Notes under the pieces: model-generated | Told to the model about the DNA's origin: nothing | Database searches by the model: none | Seen by the model: the letters and a program-made list of their open reading frames with translations, nothing else | Made by a program: the position numbers and the translations under genes | Source of the DNA: Hydrurus foetidus | Lineage: Eukaryota | Direction of reading: 5' to 3' | Assembly: GCA_900617105.1 (NCBI GenBank) | Contig: UYFQ01000294.1 | Location: forward strand, 62,001-123,157 | Length of the DNA: 61,157 bases | In this document: piece after piece, positions 18,926 through 29,860 of the stretch | Layout: each line of letters starts with the position of its first letter | Numbering within the stretch: the stretch's first letter is position 1

Positions 18926-21403
18926 ATGCCATCGAAATTCTTTTGCTACGTCTTTGCTCTTTTCTTCAGACACTGCAATTGCTTTCTTTTTGCAAGAAGT
19001 CTAAGAAATCTGCCATCGCGGCACAATCCCTCCAAAACTATGAAACAGCGTCCCTTACTGAGAGCTTCTGAATCGGGCAGTTTGGAGAGCTATCTAACCA
19101 GCGCGATGCGCTTTACCTTGAGTCTTTCATCGTTGCCACTGGCTAGATCATTTATGGCTCAATCACGTATTCTGCTGCGACTTTCACTTACTGCTGAAGG
19201 AAGTATCGTAATCTCCAAACAAGGACCATGTATTGACCGAATTGAAGTTGTCGAATCAATTGGACATGATAGCAGCAGCAAAGATTGTATCATATACGTG
19301 CACGGTGGTGCCTTTTCTTTGTGCGATTCCACGGACCTTTTTATCTTTGAGAAGCTGCTGCCTTTGCTGGGTGAAAATCCACCGTCCGTATATTCGATCA
19401 TGTACGATACAAGTCCCAACCCAAAATCATCGTCACTGCCAACGTATCTTCAAATACAGTCGCAAGTTATAGATGCTTATGAAGAGATATTGTCCACCGG
19501 AAAGAGAGTACTCTGCTTGATTGGTGACTCCGCTGGGGGAGCATTGGCTATGAGAATTATGTTACATATACAGGAAAAAGAAATTCAACGGACAAGCTCT
19601 GAAACTGATGGAACAGATGTGTCATCGAGTAGAAAGTTGGAGGACAGTTACAGTAAAGAAGTTGGTGGTTTGATTCTGCTTTCTCCTTGGACTGATTTCT
19701 TTTCGCAAAGAGCATCACATTGTAGAAATTCCGCTATTGATATTCTGGATACAACATTTCTATCAAAAAGCATTCGTCAATACTTGGGAAAAGAAATCTT
19801 TGAATGGGGAAGTTTACATGAAAAAATGCTTATTGCTCGGAATCTTGCAGAGGAATTTGTGAAATCTGGTATTAAAGTCGTTGTTTTTGATATGGATCAG
19901 TGTATCGTAAATATGCATTCTATGGGAAGGTTGAAAAGAAAAGATTTTCAATTGTTTTCAGATAAGGTCAATATCGATTTTATTCTATTTGCGAGAGAAC
20001 TGCACAAAGTTAATGTGAAACTCGCTGTCGGAACTCATTCAGACTCAGTCGAATATAATTCAATATGGCGACCACCAGGTGAATATTTGATCGGACAAGA
20101 ATTGGTGGAAAAATTGCTTTCTACAGTTCTACCAGAAATTAAAGACGATTTCTTCATTTTCTGCTATAACCCTACGGCACAGAAAGATGACAAAAAAGAA
20201 AATGCATTCAAAAAGCTCCACATACGTCAGACATCTTTATTCTATGGCGTATCTCAGAGTGAGTGCGTACTTTTCGATGATGATGTTGGGAACGTTCTTA
20301 ACACTGACGGATTGTTCCGATCTTATATAGTGAATTGGAAAAAAGGATTTTTATTGGATTCTTTTTTAGTAGATCAAGTTCAAACAAAGAAATTTCATTT
20401 TTCAACACCAGAAAATAATTCTGAAATTTGTGGACTGACCAACACAGCAGAGAACATAAATAAATTAAAAATATTGGAAGAACAAGAAGGAGACAAGTCA
20501 AATAAAATGAAAATTGGAGATATGTTTGACGGAAATATAGAACAGAATATTGAGGAAACTAAAATATTTTGGAAAAACAAAGGAATTCAAAATCCAGAAA
20601 ATATTTTCCCGCAATTATTATGTAAAGAACAATTATCGAAATTTCCGCCAACACTGATATTTGGTGGTGAAAATGAATTATTTATTGATGATATTACTTC
20701 ATTTTCTCAGAGACTACTTTCTGCTAAGTACTCAATATCAAATCAAACTGAAATTCACTCATTCAAATCAATTAAACAGTCATCTTCCTCCATTGAAAAA
20801 TCATCCGTACTACCAAAAATAACAATACATGATCGGGTAGAAACATGTAGTTCTGATAATTCTGTAAATGAAGATTTAAATAACACATCGAAAATGTCTG
20901 AAATAGCATCAAATAAAATGGCTTCAGATAGCAGAGCAGAAATTGGCTCCGAACACACAATCCCAATCCCAATTGCTGATAATGAAATCAAGTCCAAATT
21001 TATCATCGGCGAAAATGATTTACATGTTTATCCGGTGTTTCTGCGTCATCCGGTCCACCGCATAATGAGACCTCTCGGGATGACGTGGCTATTTCGCATT
21101 CTCTTCCCCCATAGGGATAAATGCAATAAAATATCAGCAAATAACGCAGCAGAAATTATGAAATTGCATCAAAAGACGGAAATGAAATCACCTGAAAATT
21201 GCTCAAAATTTAAAATTGTTTGCGGTGATGGAAGTGTTGATGAAGCACTAAATACTGTTGCCCCTTCAGAAACTCTTTCTGTTGCATATGTTGAAAGTGC
21301 GTCATTAATAAGGAACATGGATGACGTAGTTCATTCTAATGTGGCCAACGAAGCGATGCAATGCATGGCCCAATTTATTCTAGATACCAGAAATGCAAAA
21401 TAA
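18926..21403 (+). CDS. GDXG/HSL-family alpha/beta-hydrolase with an internally inserted HAD-like phosphatase domain
   Basis: Hydrolase motifs: HGGAF, GDSAGG, LLSPW, FPPTLIFGGENELFIDD, HVYP. Between SPW and PPTL lie HAD motifs VVVFDMDQC, LAVGTHSD, KKLHI and CVLFDDDVGNV. A signal-like N-terminus starts at Met 18926. Confidence 0.8.
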   Translation: MPSKFFCYVFALFFRHCNCFLFARSLRNLPSRHNPSKTMKQRPLLRASESGSLESYLTSAMRFTLSLSSLPLARSFMAQSRILLRLSLTAEGSIVISKQGPCIDRIEVVESIGHDSSSKDCIIYVHGGAFSLCDSTDLFIFEKLLPLLGENPPSVYSIMYDTSPNPKSSSLPTYLQIQSQVIDAYEEILSTGKRVLCLIGDSAGGALAMRIMLHIQEKEIQRTSSETDGTDVSSSRKLEDSYSKEVGGLILLSPWTDFFSQRASHCRNSAIDILDTTFLSKSIRQYLGKEIFEWGSLHEKMLIARNLAEEFVKSGIKVVVFDMDQCIVNMHSMGRLKRKDFQLFSDKVNIDFILFARELHKVNVKLAVGTHSDSVEYNSIWRPPGEYLIGQELVEKLLSTVLPEIKDDFFIFCYNPTAQKDDKKENAFKKLHIRQTSLFYGVSQSECVLFDDDVGNVLNTDGLFRSYIVNWKKGFLLDSFLVDQVQTKKFHFSTPENNSEICGLTNTAENINKLKILEEQEGDKSNKMKIGDMFDGNIEQNIEETKIFWKNKGIQNPENIFPQLLCKEQLSKFPPTLIFGGENELFIDDITSFSQRLLSAKYSISNQTEIHSFKSIKQSSSSIEKSSVLPKITIHDRVETCSSDNSVNEDLNNTSKMSEIASNKMASDSRAEIGSEHTIPIPIADNEIKSKFIIGENDLHVYPVFLRHPVHRIMRPLGMTWLFRILFPHRDKCNKISANNAAEIMKLHQKTEMKSPENCSKFKIVCGDGSVDEALNTVAPSETLSVAYVESASLIRNMDDVVHSNVANEAMQCMAQFILDTRNAK

Positions 21404-22811
21404 CAATGATGGTAAATTAAGAAGTTGAAGAAAACATTTCGTTTTATTACATGGATATGATAAAAAAGATTTCAACTCTTTATCAGAATTTATTTTACGT
21501 TTTTTCTACTGGGAATTCTATTCCTTTCACTGAATAGAGACTTTATTTTCTCGTCACAATCGCATTTATTTCAGCAAATGTTCTCAAATGGGTTACCAAC
21601 TGAAGTGCTATTGAGAATACCTACTGTCTTATTGACACTACAATACAGCTGTGTAGGCCCATATCTAGAAATGTACATATGCACATATGCAGTTTAAAAA
21701 AAATGTGCGATGTACATGCATATAACATGTAGGTCTACTCTGCAGTACAGTAGAAGATTTGTTTAGTACGTATGTACAGTAAAATGTCTTGCGACATGAA
21801 TTGTCGTATGTAAATATGTTTACACAGCTGATAAATAAATAAAAAATAAAAAAATGTTACAAATAAATCACTTTTATTATTTTTAATATGCTGAAGCACA
21901 GAATTAACAATTAAACAATATCATCAAATAGATACAAATAATTACGTCTAGCAGTACTGCAGCAGCAAACTTTAAATAAAGTGGTAGTTACGATTTAAAC
22001 TTGCACTGCATTATGCAGACGATCACACTGTTCCATTAGATGCTAATACTGCATTAGAGAGTGGTGCATCTACGAGTATTCAGTAGGGACTTCTCCGTAC
22101 AGTAAAATCCGAGAAGTGCGTACGTGTGATGAGAAGTATTCCATCTCTTCTGTACGATGTGCGTGACGCTAGGTATGACTGAAAAATGGTTCCGTACCGT
22201 GCATTCTCTCGATGTTCTGCTGTGTTAGGTTCTTAGAGATCATATCATCAATTAGGAGTGTAACCATCATCTTCCTTGGACTGCAAATTTACATTCTTTC
22301 TCTTCTCCCCCCAGTCATTATTGTCAGGAGTACAAGACGCGGAGGCAGTAGATATGCGAGTCAAGTATCCGGTCCTATCAATCACACCAACAGGAACAAT
22401 GCCGTGAGTGTGAGTGTCGCAGTATCTCTCAGAATAATTATCGGAGTCCCATGACATTTTTTATGCGTGTTGGGTGCTGTGTAACGAGCAGCTGCGTACC
22501 GACATGTGCAGTTTAGAGTTCGCAAATCAATTCTTGTCGACTGATCAAGTACATCTCCAAACATTTCGAGATAGTACAGATCTGGTTGAAATGATGAGTA
22601 GCTCGAAATCGGCGCAATCGACAACTGTTCCGGCACTTTCGAATACAGTTGTCGTCTAGAAATTGAGAGTGTTCCCTGAAAATATTGTTCCAAAAAGTAC
22701 TCCTCAACGATTGAAACTATGGTCCTGCGATACCACGCATGTATCAATTAAATCCGTATTGTCTTTAATTTCGCGTTATCAGCTTGTTACAATCACGGGC
22801 TAAGAATGTTC

Positions 22812-23639
22812 TCACATTGAGAAATGCTTCTTGACCCAAAGTGGTTGCTGTTGGGTGTGACGCAGCGTGTCGATGCGAACAACCTTGCCGTTGCGAAGGT
22901 CGACATACATCACATCAGTCCCTCTCTCTTGGCTGCCATTCTTGTGAGCCAAGAAATCCAATGATACACACATGGACTGTGTGTTGACTTGAAGAGGATA
23001 TGGTAAAGAATATGTCGTTCCGCCCTCGATACCACTCTTCTGCGCTGCAATTATCTCATCTCTCCCCTTCACGCCAAATGCAACGGCATCATCTGCTAGC
23101 AGTTCACTCTGGCGCTGAAGATCCTGAGTGACATCGGCCTTCAAGAAGTCGGTCGCCAAAGTAAGAATTCGTGCGGCCTTTAAAGCCCTGACTGAATTCT
23201 CGTCGTCAGCTCCGCCGCATATATGTATTCGCGGCAAAAAGTTGCCTTCTTCGAGTTTTCCATTAGAGTAAACTGTATCAACCGACATGATCTTCAGTAA
23301 CGTGGGATCGAAATGAAGTGTCTCCCGAGTAAAGAGAAGGTCAGACTCATACTTAATATCTACTCTGTATTTACCGCTCGTTGCACTCGCCTGGATCGAT
23401 TCAACAGGAAATGGAAACTGATGCGCAGTGATAAAAGGTAAGGGTGACGACGGGATGTTCGTGCTTCTTGAATAACCCACTGACTCCCGGGTGAAGAGTT
23501 CTGCGATTGATTCATACCCCAGATGGCGGTACATAACAAATCTACTAGCTCTTTCTAGTAAATGGGCCTCGGTGGTATGCATAGCCGCTGATTTTTTGAT
23601 GAGAGCGGAAGCAACTGAGGCTAGTAGGAAAAATTGCAT
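22812..23639 (-). CDS. Signal-peptide protein with a SnoaL/NTF2-like domain
   Basis: 275-aa single-exon ORF with signal MQFFLLASVASA. C-terminal DLQRQSELLADDAVAFGVKGRDEIIAA...RGTDVMYVDLRNGKVVRID fits the SnoaL-like pattern. Confidence 0.55.
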   Translation of the reverse strand: MQFFLLASVASALIKKSAAMHTTEAHLLERASRFVMYRHLGYESIAELFTRESVGYSRSTNIPSSPLPFITAHQFPFPVESIQASATSGKYRVDIKYESDLLFTRETLHFDPTLLKIMSVDTVYSNGKLEEGNFLPRIHICGGADDENSVRALKAARILTLATDFLKADVTQDLQRQSELLADDAVAFGVKGRDEIIAAQKSGIEGGTTYSLPYPLQVNTQSMCVSLDFLAHKNGSQERGTDVMYVDLRNGKVVRIDTLRHTQQQPLWVKKHFSM

Positions 23640-23721
23640 TGTAGATGCGGCTCTGCTGTGGTGAGGATGATGAGCATTAGAATTCTTGACTTGTTACAGC
23701 GCACATAATATATTGTGGGGG

Positions 23722-23755
23722 GGCAGCTCTGTCGCGCTACCGTATGGGGGATTAA
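23722..23755 (-). repeat. 3' subterminal inverted repeat plus hairpin of the Helitron2-type element
   Basis: 23741-23755 is the reverse complement of 41296-41311 with one indel; adjacent 6-bp stem with one G-T pair. Confidence 0.7.
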
Positions 23756-23774
23756 TTATCCGGTGGTGACGTCG

Positions 23775-24156
23775 GGACGCATTCTATTATTCGGGACGCA
23801 TGCATGTTATACGGTTGTAGTCGCGGATCTTAGACTATTCAGGACGCATCCTACCATGAAGGACGCATGCACTTTATGGGGTGCATGTTATACGGTTGTG
23901 TTCGTGGATCTTAGACTTTTCCAGAATTCAGGACGCATCCTACCATGAAGGACGCATGCACGTTATACGGTTTGTATTGTGGACCTCGAACTTCTCTCGA
24001 TTCAGCAGTTAATTCGATAGAAAGGACGCATCGTGCATGTAACAGGACGCATTCATCGTTGTGGATGCTCTTCAAACTCAAATGGTATGCATTGTACATA
24101 TCTGTACTTGTACTTGTTCTTCATGATAGACATTAATTGTGTCAATCGGGACGCAT
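23775..24156 (+). repeat. Cluster of GGACGCAT motifs including two ~72-80 bp direct repeats
   Basis: Nine GGACGCAT copies (23775, 23794, 23842, 23861, 23931, 23950, 24024, 24045, 24149). Near-identical units at 23801-23872 and 23882-23961. Confidence 0.9.
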
Positions 24157-24179
24157 TTTGTTGGGCTGTAAAGAGTGCA

Positions 24180-24954
24180 ATGAGAGTGACAAGAAAACGT
24201 TCAAATGTGAAGAAAGCTGTCCGAATATGCAAGGTGGTGGTGGCTCCCACTATCAAGTGGGTCTTAGATGACAATCTCTGTCTCTTGTATGCAATATGGG
24301 AGATGTGTACCGCTGCGCAGAAGAATATTCTTACTGTGAGTCAATGCATGAAGTTACCACTGTCAAATATCTATGATATGGACTTTACTGACTGCGTAAA
24401 CATTACTTTGGTAGATGGACGGTAAACTCAATTTCGTCGAATCGTTCAAGCTTACAATGGATCTAAGTGTATCGCAGAGAATCACGAAGGGCATTTCCTC
24501 GCTAAATGTCAATAACTATCTTCGATGGTTGAGCTCGAAGTATCTAAGTACTGGGCGAATTATGAAATTTACATGGAGAAAAGTATTGAAAGTAGATACG
24601 AAGACTAAGCGTTCCTTTAACGGGGCTAGTGTGTATAAACTTTTGTCTGGAGCTAGTGGCCAGTATGTGTTGTTCGGCAAAGCAAAATGGAACAATGACC
24701 TGCATCGTAAGCAGCTGAAACGGTTGAAGAGTCTTGGAAATGAAAGGTCAAGATTCATTCTTTATGGATTGACTGCCAATGGCCAGAAGACGGCCGATCA
24801 TGCTGTTGGTTTGTGTATAAGTCAGACGTCTTCTAATTTACTGTATGACAATACCATGCGTAACATATTTGTCAACTTTAATGCAGAAGCATTGGCGAGT
24901 AAGATGTCTGACGTCAGCTCTTGCTACATCTTTGACGTAAAGTTTTTACCTTGA
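24180..24954 (+). CDS. Helitron cargo gene A, two exons (24180-24335, 24415-24954), ~231 aa, putative papain-like Cys-His-Asp protein
   Basis: A phase-0 GTGAGT...GGTAG intron joins two ORFs in frame. Candidate triad DDNLCLLYAI (Cys 24279), DHAVGL (His 24799), LYDN (Asp 24847). The function is inferred from motif order only. Confidence 0.55.
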
Positions 24955-25021
24955 CATAGTGTAGTACGCGTTCTCTTGTAAGGTTCAATAACGGAATAAA
25001 ACATGATTCGTATTCTTTAAG

Positions 25022-28000
25022 TTACAGACAAGTTTTCATATAATATAATTCAGCAGGCGTTTGACTTGTACCCTTTATTTTTACAGGCATTCCTTTCTCG
25101 TAATTATTGGTTATGAAAACACTTTCGGCTGAAAATCTTTTAATTCTGGGTACTTTCAATTCATGCAAATGCATGCCATCGGCTTCGTATATATTGTCAT
25201 TTAAAATGTATCTGCATAAAAAGTGTTCATCGTCACCGTATACAACTCCTACTAGATCATATGTTGTGCTATCCAAAATAAGTGATTTATCTATGTATTG
25301 CATCCTGTACAGGTGGTTATTATGGGATTCAATAACTGGATACCTCAATTTGATTACATATGGTAGTGTTATTGTTCTTAGTGTTGTGTGTAATATTTCA
25401 CCACAGAGGTCACATTTCTGTAATGAATATGATGATATAACTTGTTCAATTAGTACACTTTGTATGGTTTCTGTTACATTTTCGGGAATTGGTGGAAGTT
25501 CAAACTCCCTATGCTACGTAATTCGTTCTTAACAAGTGTGTTATGTAAGTTGCACCCTGGAACATTACATAATTGAGTTATTCTTACATTCCAATGTAAT
25601 AATGCGGGAGCTTCGGCATTTTCAACATCTTTGGTGTATAGATTATCCTCCAAATAAGTATTTATTATTCGTAATTCTACATACTCATTATTCTGATAAT
25701 CTTCATCAAGTATTCCTTGGAAGATCTCTCTTATCTTCTCTTTTGCTTTAAGGTTATTTATGTTTCCTTCGTACATGTCGCTAAATATCGCACTGATTTC
25801 ACTGTAATTGTTTGCGAACATTGTACGTACCTCTATAGAGTGATGTTTGTGTATAACATTGTACATCACCCACCATGCTGTCATCAATGCATCTAATGCA
25901 CACGAATTATTTTCCCACGGAAAATGTATATATGGGTCGCTATCGTGTTTGCTGTGTATGTGGGGTAGATGATAATTATCACCCCACTCTACGAAGTCTT
26001 CAGGAATGATGTCCTATTAAAACATGACATTATTGGTAATTGCAATTATTATTAATGCATTCCTAAGTTTGTTATTTCATAACTGGATTCATTAGTACAG
26101 AATTGTGGATTTTACCTTTCTATATTGCTCCAAAAACTTTTTTACGTAAGTTTTTTCGCTCTTTGTAGCATGTTTCAGATGTTCATCAATTCTTGGGTCT
26201 TCGACAAACAGACTTACTGTGCGCCGTCTCCGTTTGCTTGTTACAATTCTCGTCTCTTCGTCAAATGTTTCTCTCTATGTGTTTGATATGTAATATATTT
26301 ATTACTAATCTTACCTCATTAACATCACACAAAAGCGAGTCAGTACTTACGATTGTTTTTGTTTTTGTGATCTCTGATTCCGTCGGCAAAATATTTGTTG
26401 CTTCCTACATGGTTGAATGGAAAACGTACCATTAGATATGTATGAATAGAAAAAGGAATCTATCATTTACATATACCTGGGTCACACATTGTAATGACGT
26501 TGTTGACGTCATCGTTTCCCATTCATTCGTTTCCTCACTGTTTCCTTCCTACATTTTCATGTATCCATTTTAGTATCAGTAGTTTGACATTATGTGAAGA
26601 TTTATGATACATTTCATACCTGAATTTGTTCAAGATATGCCTCTAATAGCAGACGTACGATGTCCTTACTGTCTTTAGTAGCCGCTAATTCACTTGTTGT
26701 CGTTGATATGAAATGCATGAGTCTAGAATTTTTTTTCATCGATTCTATTCTAGACTCGCGCTCAACGTCCTGTATACGTAAGATAATGTAATTAGTACGA
26801 ATGACTAGTTTATAATCTTTTATGAAATCGTTAGTTTACCGGTCTTCCATCCGCTAACATTGACAATATCTTTACAATTTTGGTGCCCTGAATACATTGA
26901 TCTTCGTGTGGCTGTTTTCGTAAAAGTAAGTAATGCATTATTAGAATATTACATAGCATTTCATCTCTCTTTATAACTCTCACCTGCGCGACATCAAGAT
27001 TTGATGTGGTCAGATCCGATACGCATATGCTGGAAATAATATCCTTCATATTGAACATGATTAAATGGTTAGTAGTAATAAAAAGTATATATTTTTATTG
27101 ATAATACGTACCACTTCGTTGATCTGATTGTCTACGCCACCACGTCCAACATGTTGTTGCTCACATATATTTAACTGATCCTCACTGTAGGGAAGTGGCA
27201 GAATTGCGTCCGTTGCATTGTTGTCGTCAATGATGTCCACATTGGCATATGTGGATTCCTGTGATTTATGTGTACTGATTAGTTCTGGTTGTAAATATAA
27301 AGTATCAATATATATAACCTATACCTCATTGTCTTGTTCACAGTGTTCGCATTCAATGTCTGCAGTCTCTAGTATATTTTCAGTATGTAATCCCTAAAAA
27401 GTAATTGATTAGTAATTAGAATGTATCTGTATAGGCAAGGATTTTGAGCGTATTACCTTGTCATTTTGTATTGTGGTAGCTTGTTTAGTATTGACCTTTT
27501 GTCGTCCTCTATACTTCAAATTTCTCTGATTTTTAAGTTTTGTGGTTAATCTTATCACTGTTATTTTATTTTGTGCTATGACGTCTCTCGGAAAAACCGT
27601 TGCTAAAAAGCTTATCCACTCATCATTCCTTGCTGTGTAAAACCGGTTAAGTTTTTCATTAACTTTCTTTCTATTGTCTTTTCCAGTGTAATAGCTCTCA
27701 ATTGTGTTCTGTATAAGAGTAGAATATTTCCATCAACTAACAGCCTCATTAATAGTTATCGGCAATGCATAATTAATTACCTTATCCGTGTCCGTCACAT
27801 ATGGGACAACTACTTGTGTGTTACCCACGGTCAAGATTGTTGAAGCTTGAGTGCCATCGGGTGTTGATTTCTCCCTGTATCATGTTGATAGTTTTAATAC
27901 GAGTCACTTGTTCCTAGTAGGCATTCAAGACGTACATAATTTCTCCGAGTGTGACGATTCTTGTAAACCGTCTCCTGACTGTGTATTGTTGCACAAACCA

Positions 28001-28297
28001 TGCCGCATTTCTATATAAAGGCGATAACTCCAAAAACTTTCGGAAGAGATAACTGTTTTGATATGCGTATGTGAAGCAAAACTCGGTACTCTGTACGGCT
28101 TGAGTAAACTCCTCTGACTCCCTCAATTGAAGCTTGTTAACTTGAGCATATTTTTGTAATAATTTCAGAAACATGGACAGATTGTCTTGGCCGCCGATAT
28201 CTTCAAGTAATCGTCTTGACTCCGACATGGACTCTAAGGACGTGACATTGCTGGTCGAATTGTCATACGTGTCGGATTGGATTGTTGAATCTTCCAT
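25022..28297 (-). CDS. Helitron cargo gene B, multi-exon, C-terminal USP/USPL1-like cysteine protease domain (one frameshift near 25515)
   Basis: Cys box FPWENNSCALDALM (Cys 25902-25900). Zn-ribbon pairs CNVPGC and CDLCG followed by ITLPYVIKL. His box YDLVGVVYGDDEHFLCRYILNDNIYEADGM. Upstream short exons with GT-AG junctions lead back to Met 28297. Confidence 0.65.
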
Positions 28298-28961
28298 AGC
28301 TTATTATGTCACTTCCACTGAGATCGGAAAGTATTGAATCCTCCGACGTAAACACATACGTAGGGCAGGTTGTATGCCCTCCGTAATGAACGATGCGTCG
28401 AACACTGCTTGGTGTGAGATACCACCACCTGAGATCAAGGGTTTCACACATATACGGTTCTACTGTCGGGACGCATGCTTGGTACCGTAAAGGACGCATG
28501 CAATTATATACGGAACTCGTCGAGGACCGTAGACCTCAACTAGAATTAAAGACGCATTATGAATGAAAAGGACGCGTTCTACTAAGTCGCACCAGAACCG
28601 TCAGTTCGTTATGAGACGTATGCTTTGATACGCTTATGCAAGTAAGGTAGTGCGGACAAGAAATAGACAATACTGATACACCTTCCACAATTCGATTGCT
28701 GCGTACGATACTATTTCGTTCAAAATCGCCCAATAATGAAGTGGTCACATGTGTAGTGCGATCAACCGCATGAAAATTTGGAGTCCATCAACGAATGGTT
28801 TGTTAAGTTCGATTAAATTGTCCACAGGTGTTGGTGTAATTCAAGGTGACAGAATTCAATATTTATTGGTCGAAACGCTAACACACCCTAAATCTTTGTC
28901 TACAATTTCGTTCCCTTATCACAATTCAATCCAAACACTTGCAACATACCACCTATTCAGA

Positions 28962-29860
28962 ATGAGCCAATCAGCCTCAAGCACCACCTTCGATGATGAC
29001 AATGTCATCGTCAAACACGATCTTACTGGCGATTTTGAAGACAAAGAAGGATCAAGTATTCAATCCGATGTGGTTGAGGTCATAGACGTTGCGAGTCCAT
29101 CCACCAAAAGCAAACAAAAGATCATCGCTTTCGACGAGTACTATTCACGTTGCTTCATCGTCGAATTTCTCGAGCCTCCCACCGATGCCAAAATTAAAAC
29201 AGAAACGATTGGCGTTTTTATCACAAAGAAAGTGTTCAACATGGAGACATACGACCCTCTGGGTACCAAAAGGATTGTCACAGCATGGGAGGATCATGCA
29301 GTTAAACTTTACCGTTGGTTTTTGTAAGTATAAATATTATCAAAGACGTTATTTCTACGATCACCAATCTTATCCTTGTATGAATATTGTTCTTATTAGT
29401 AAAAATTGGAATGGACCCGAGACCGTTTTCATGTGGCCATGTAGTTTGTCGCTGTCCACAGTCGGAAGTGACAATTTCATTTCTACGGATGCATCAAGCT
29501 TTCTGCAGGTTAGACTTGTTTAATCTCAAATAGATGGCTAATACATAGTAACAAAGAATACATTACATTTGATAGTTTACGTTCCACGAAGCGACACCTC
29601 AGCAAAACGCCTTTCACACTTGTGCCAACGCGTGCGGATTAACTACAATCGTCCCAAATCGAAAAGCTAGTCAGTTGGTGTTGCACCCTAATGCCTTACC
29701 AAGTGTGATGGAATGGCCATATAATATGAACTTCAAGGTCTCGGGAAAATTAATCAAAAAACCAACGAAGTGGAATACTACGCCCACAAAAGCATCACCC
29801 CATGTTGATTACGACTTTGACACACTTAGTCCCGTCAAGAAATTCAAATTTACGAAATAA
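28962..29860 (+). CDS. Helitron cargo gene C, three exons (28962-29323, 29400-29508, 29576-29860), 251 aa, putative OB-fold ssDNA-binding protein
   Basis: Both introns are GT-AG and keep the frame open to TAA at 29860. YDPLGTKRIVTAWEDHAVKL resembles the RPA-type OB motif D-x-x-G-x(n)-T-x-W-x3-A. Confidence 0.55.

Noticed and set aside
22212..22747. Short overlapping ORFs between the hydrolase and SnoaL-like genes
   Set aside because: No motifs, early stops and no coherent exon chain.
23801..23961. CRISPR-like repeat-spacer array
   Set aside because: Only two long units, the intervening sequence is itself duplicated, spacing is irregular, and there are no cas genes.
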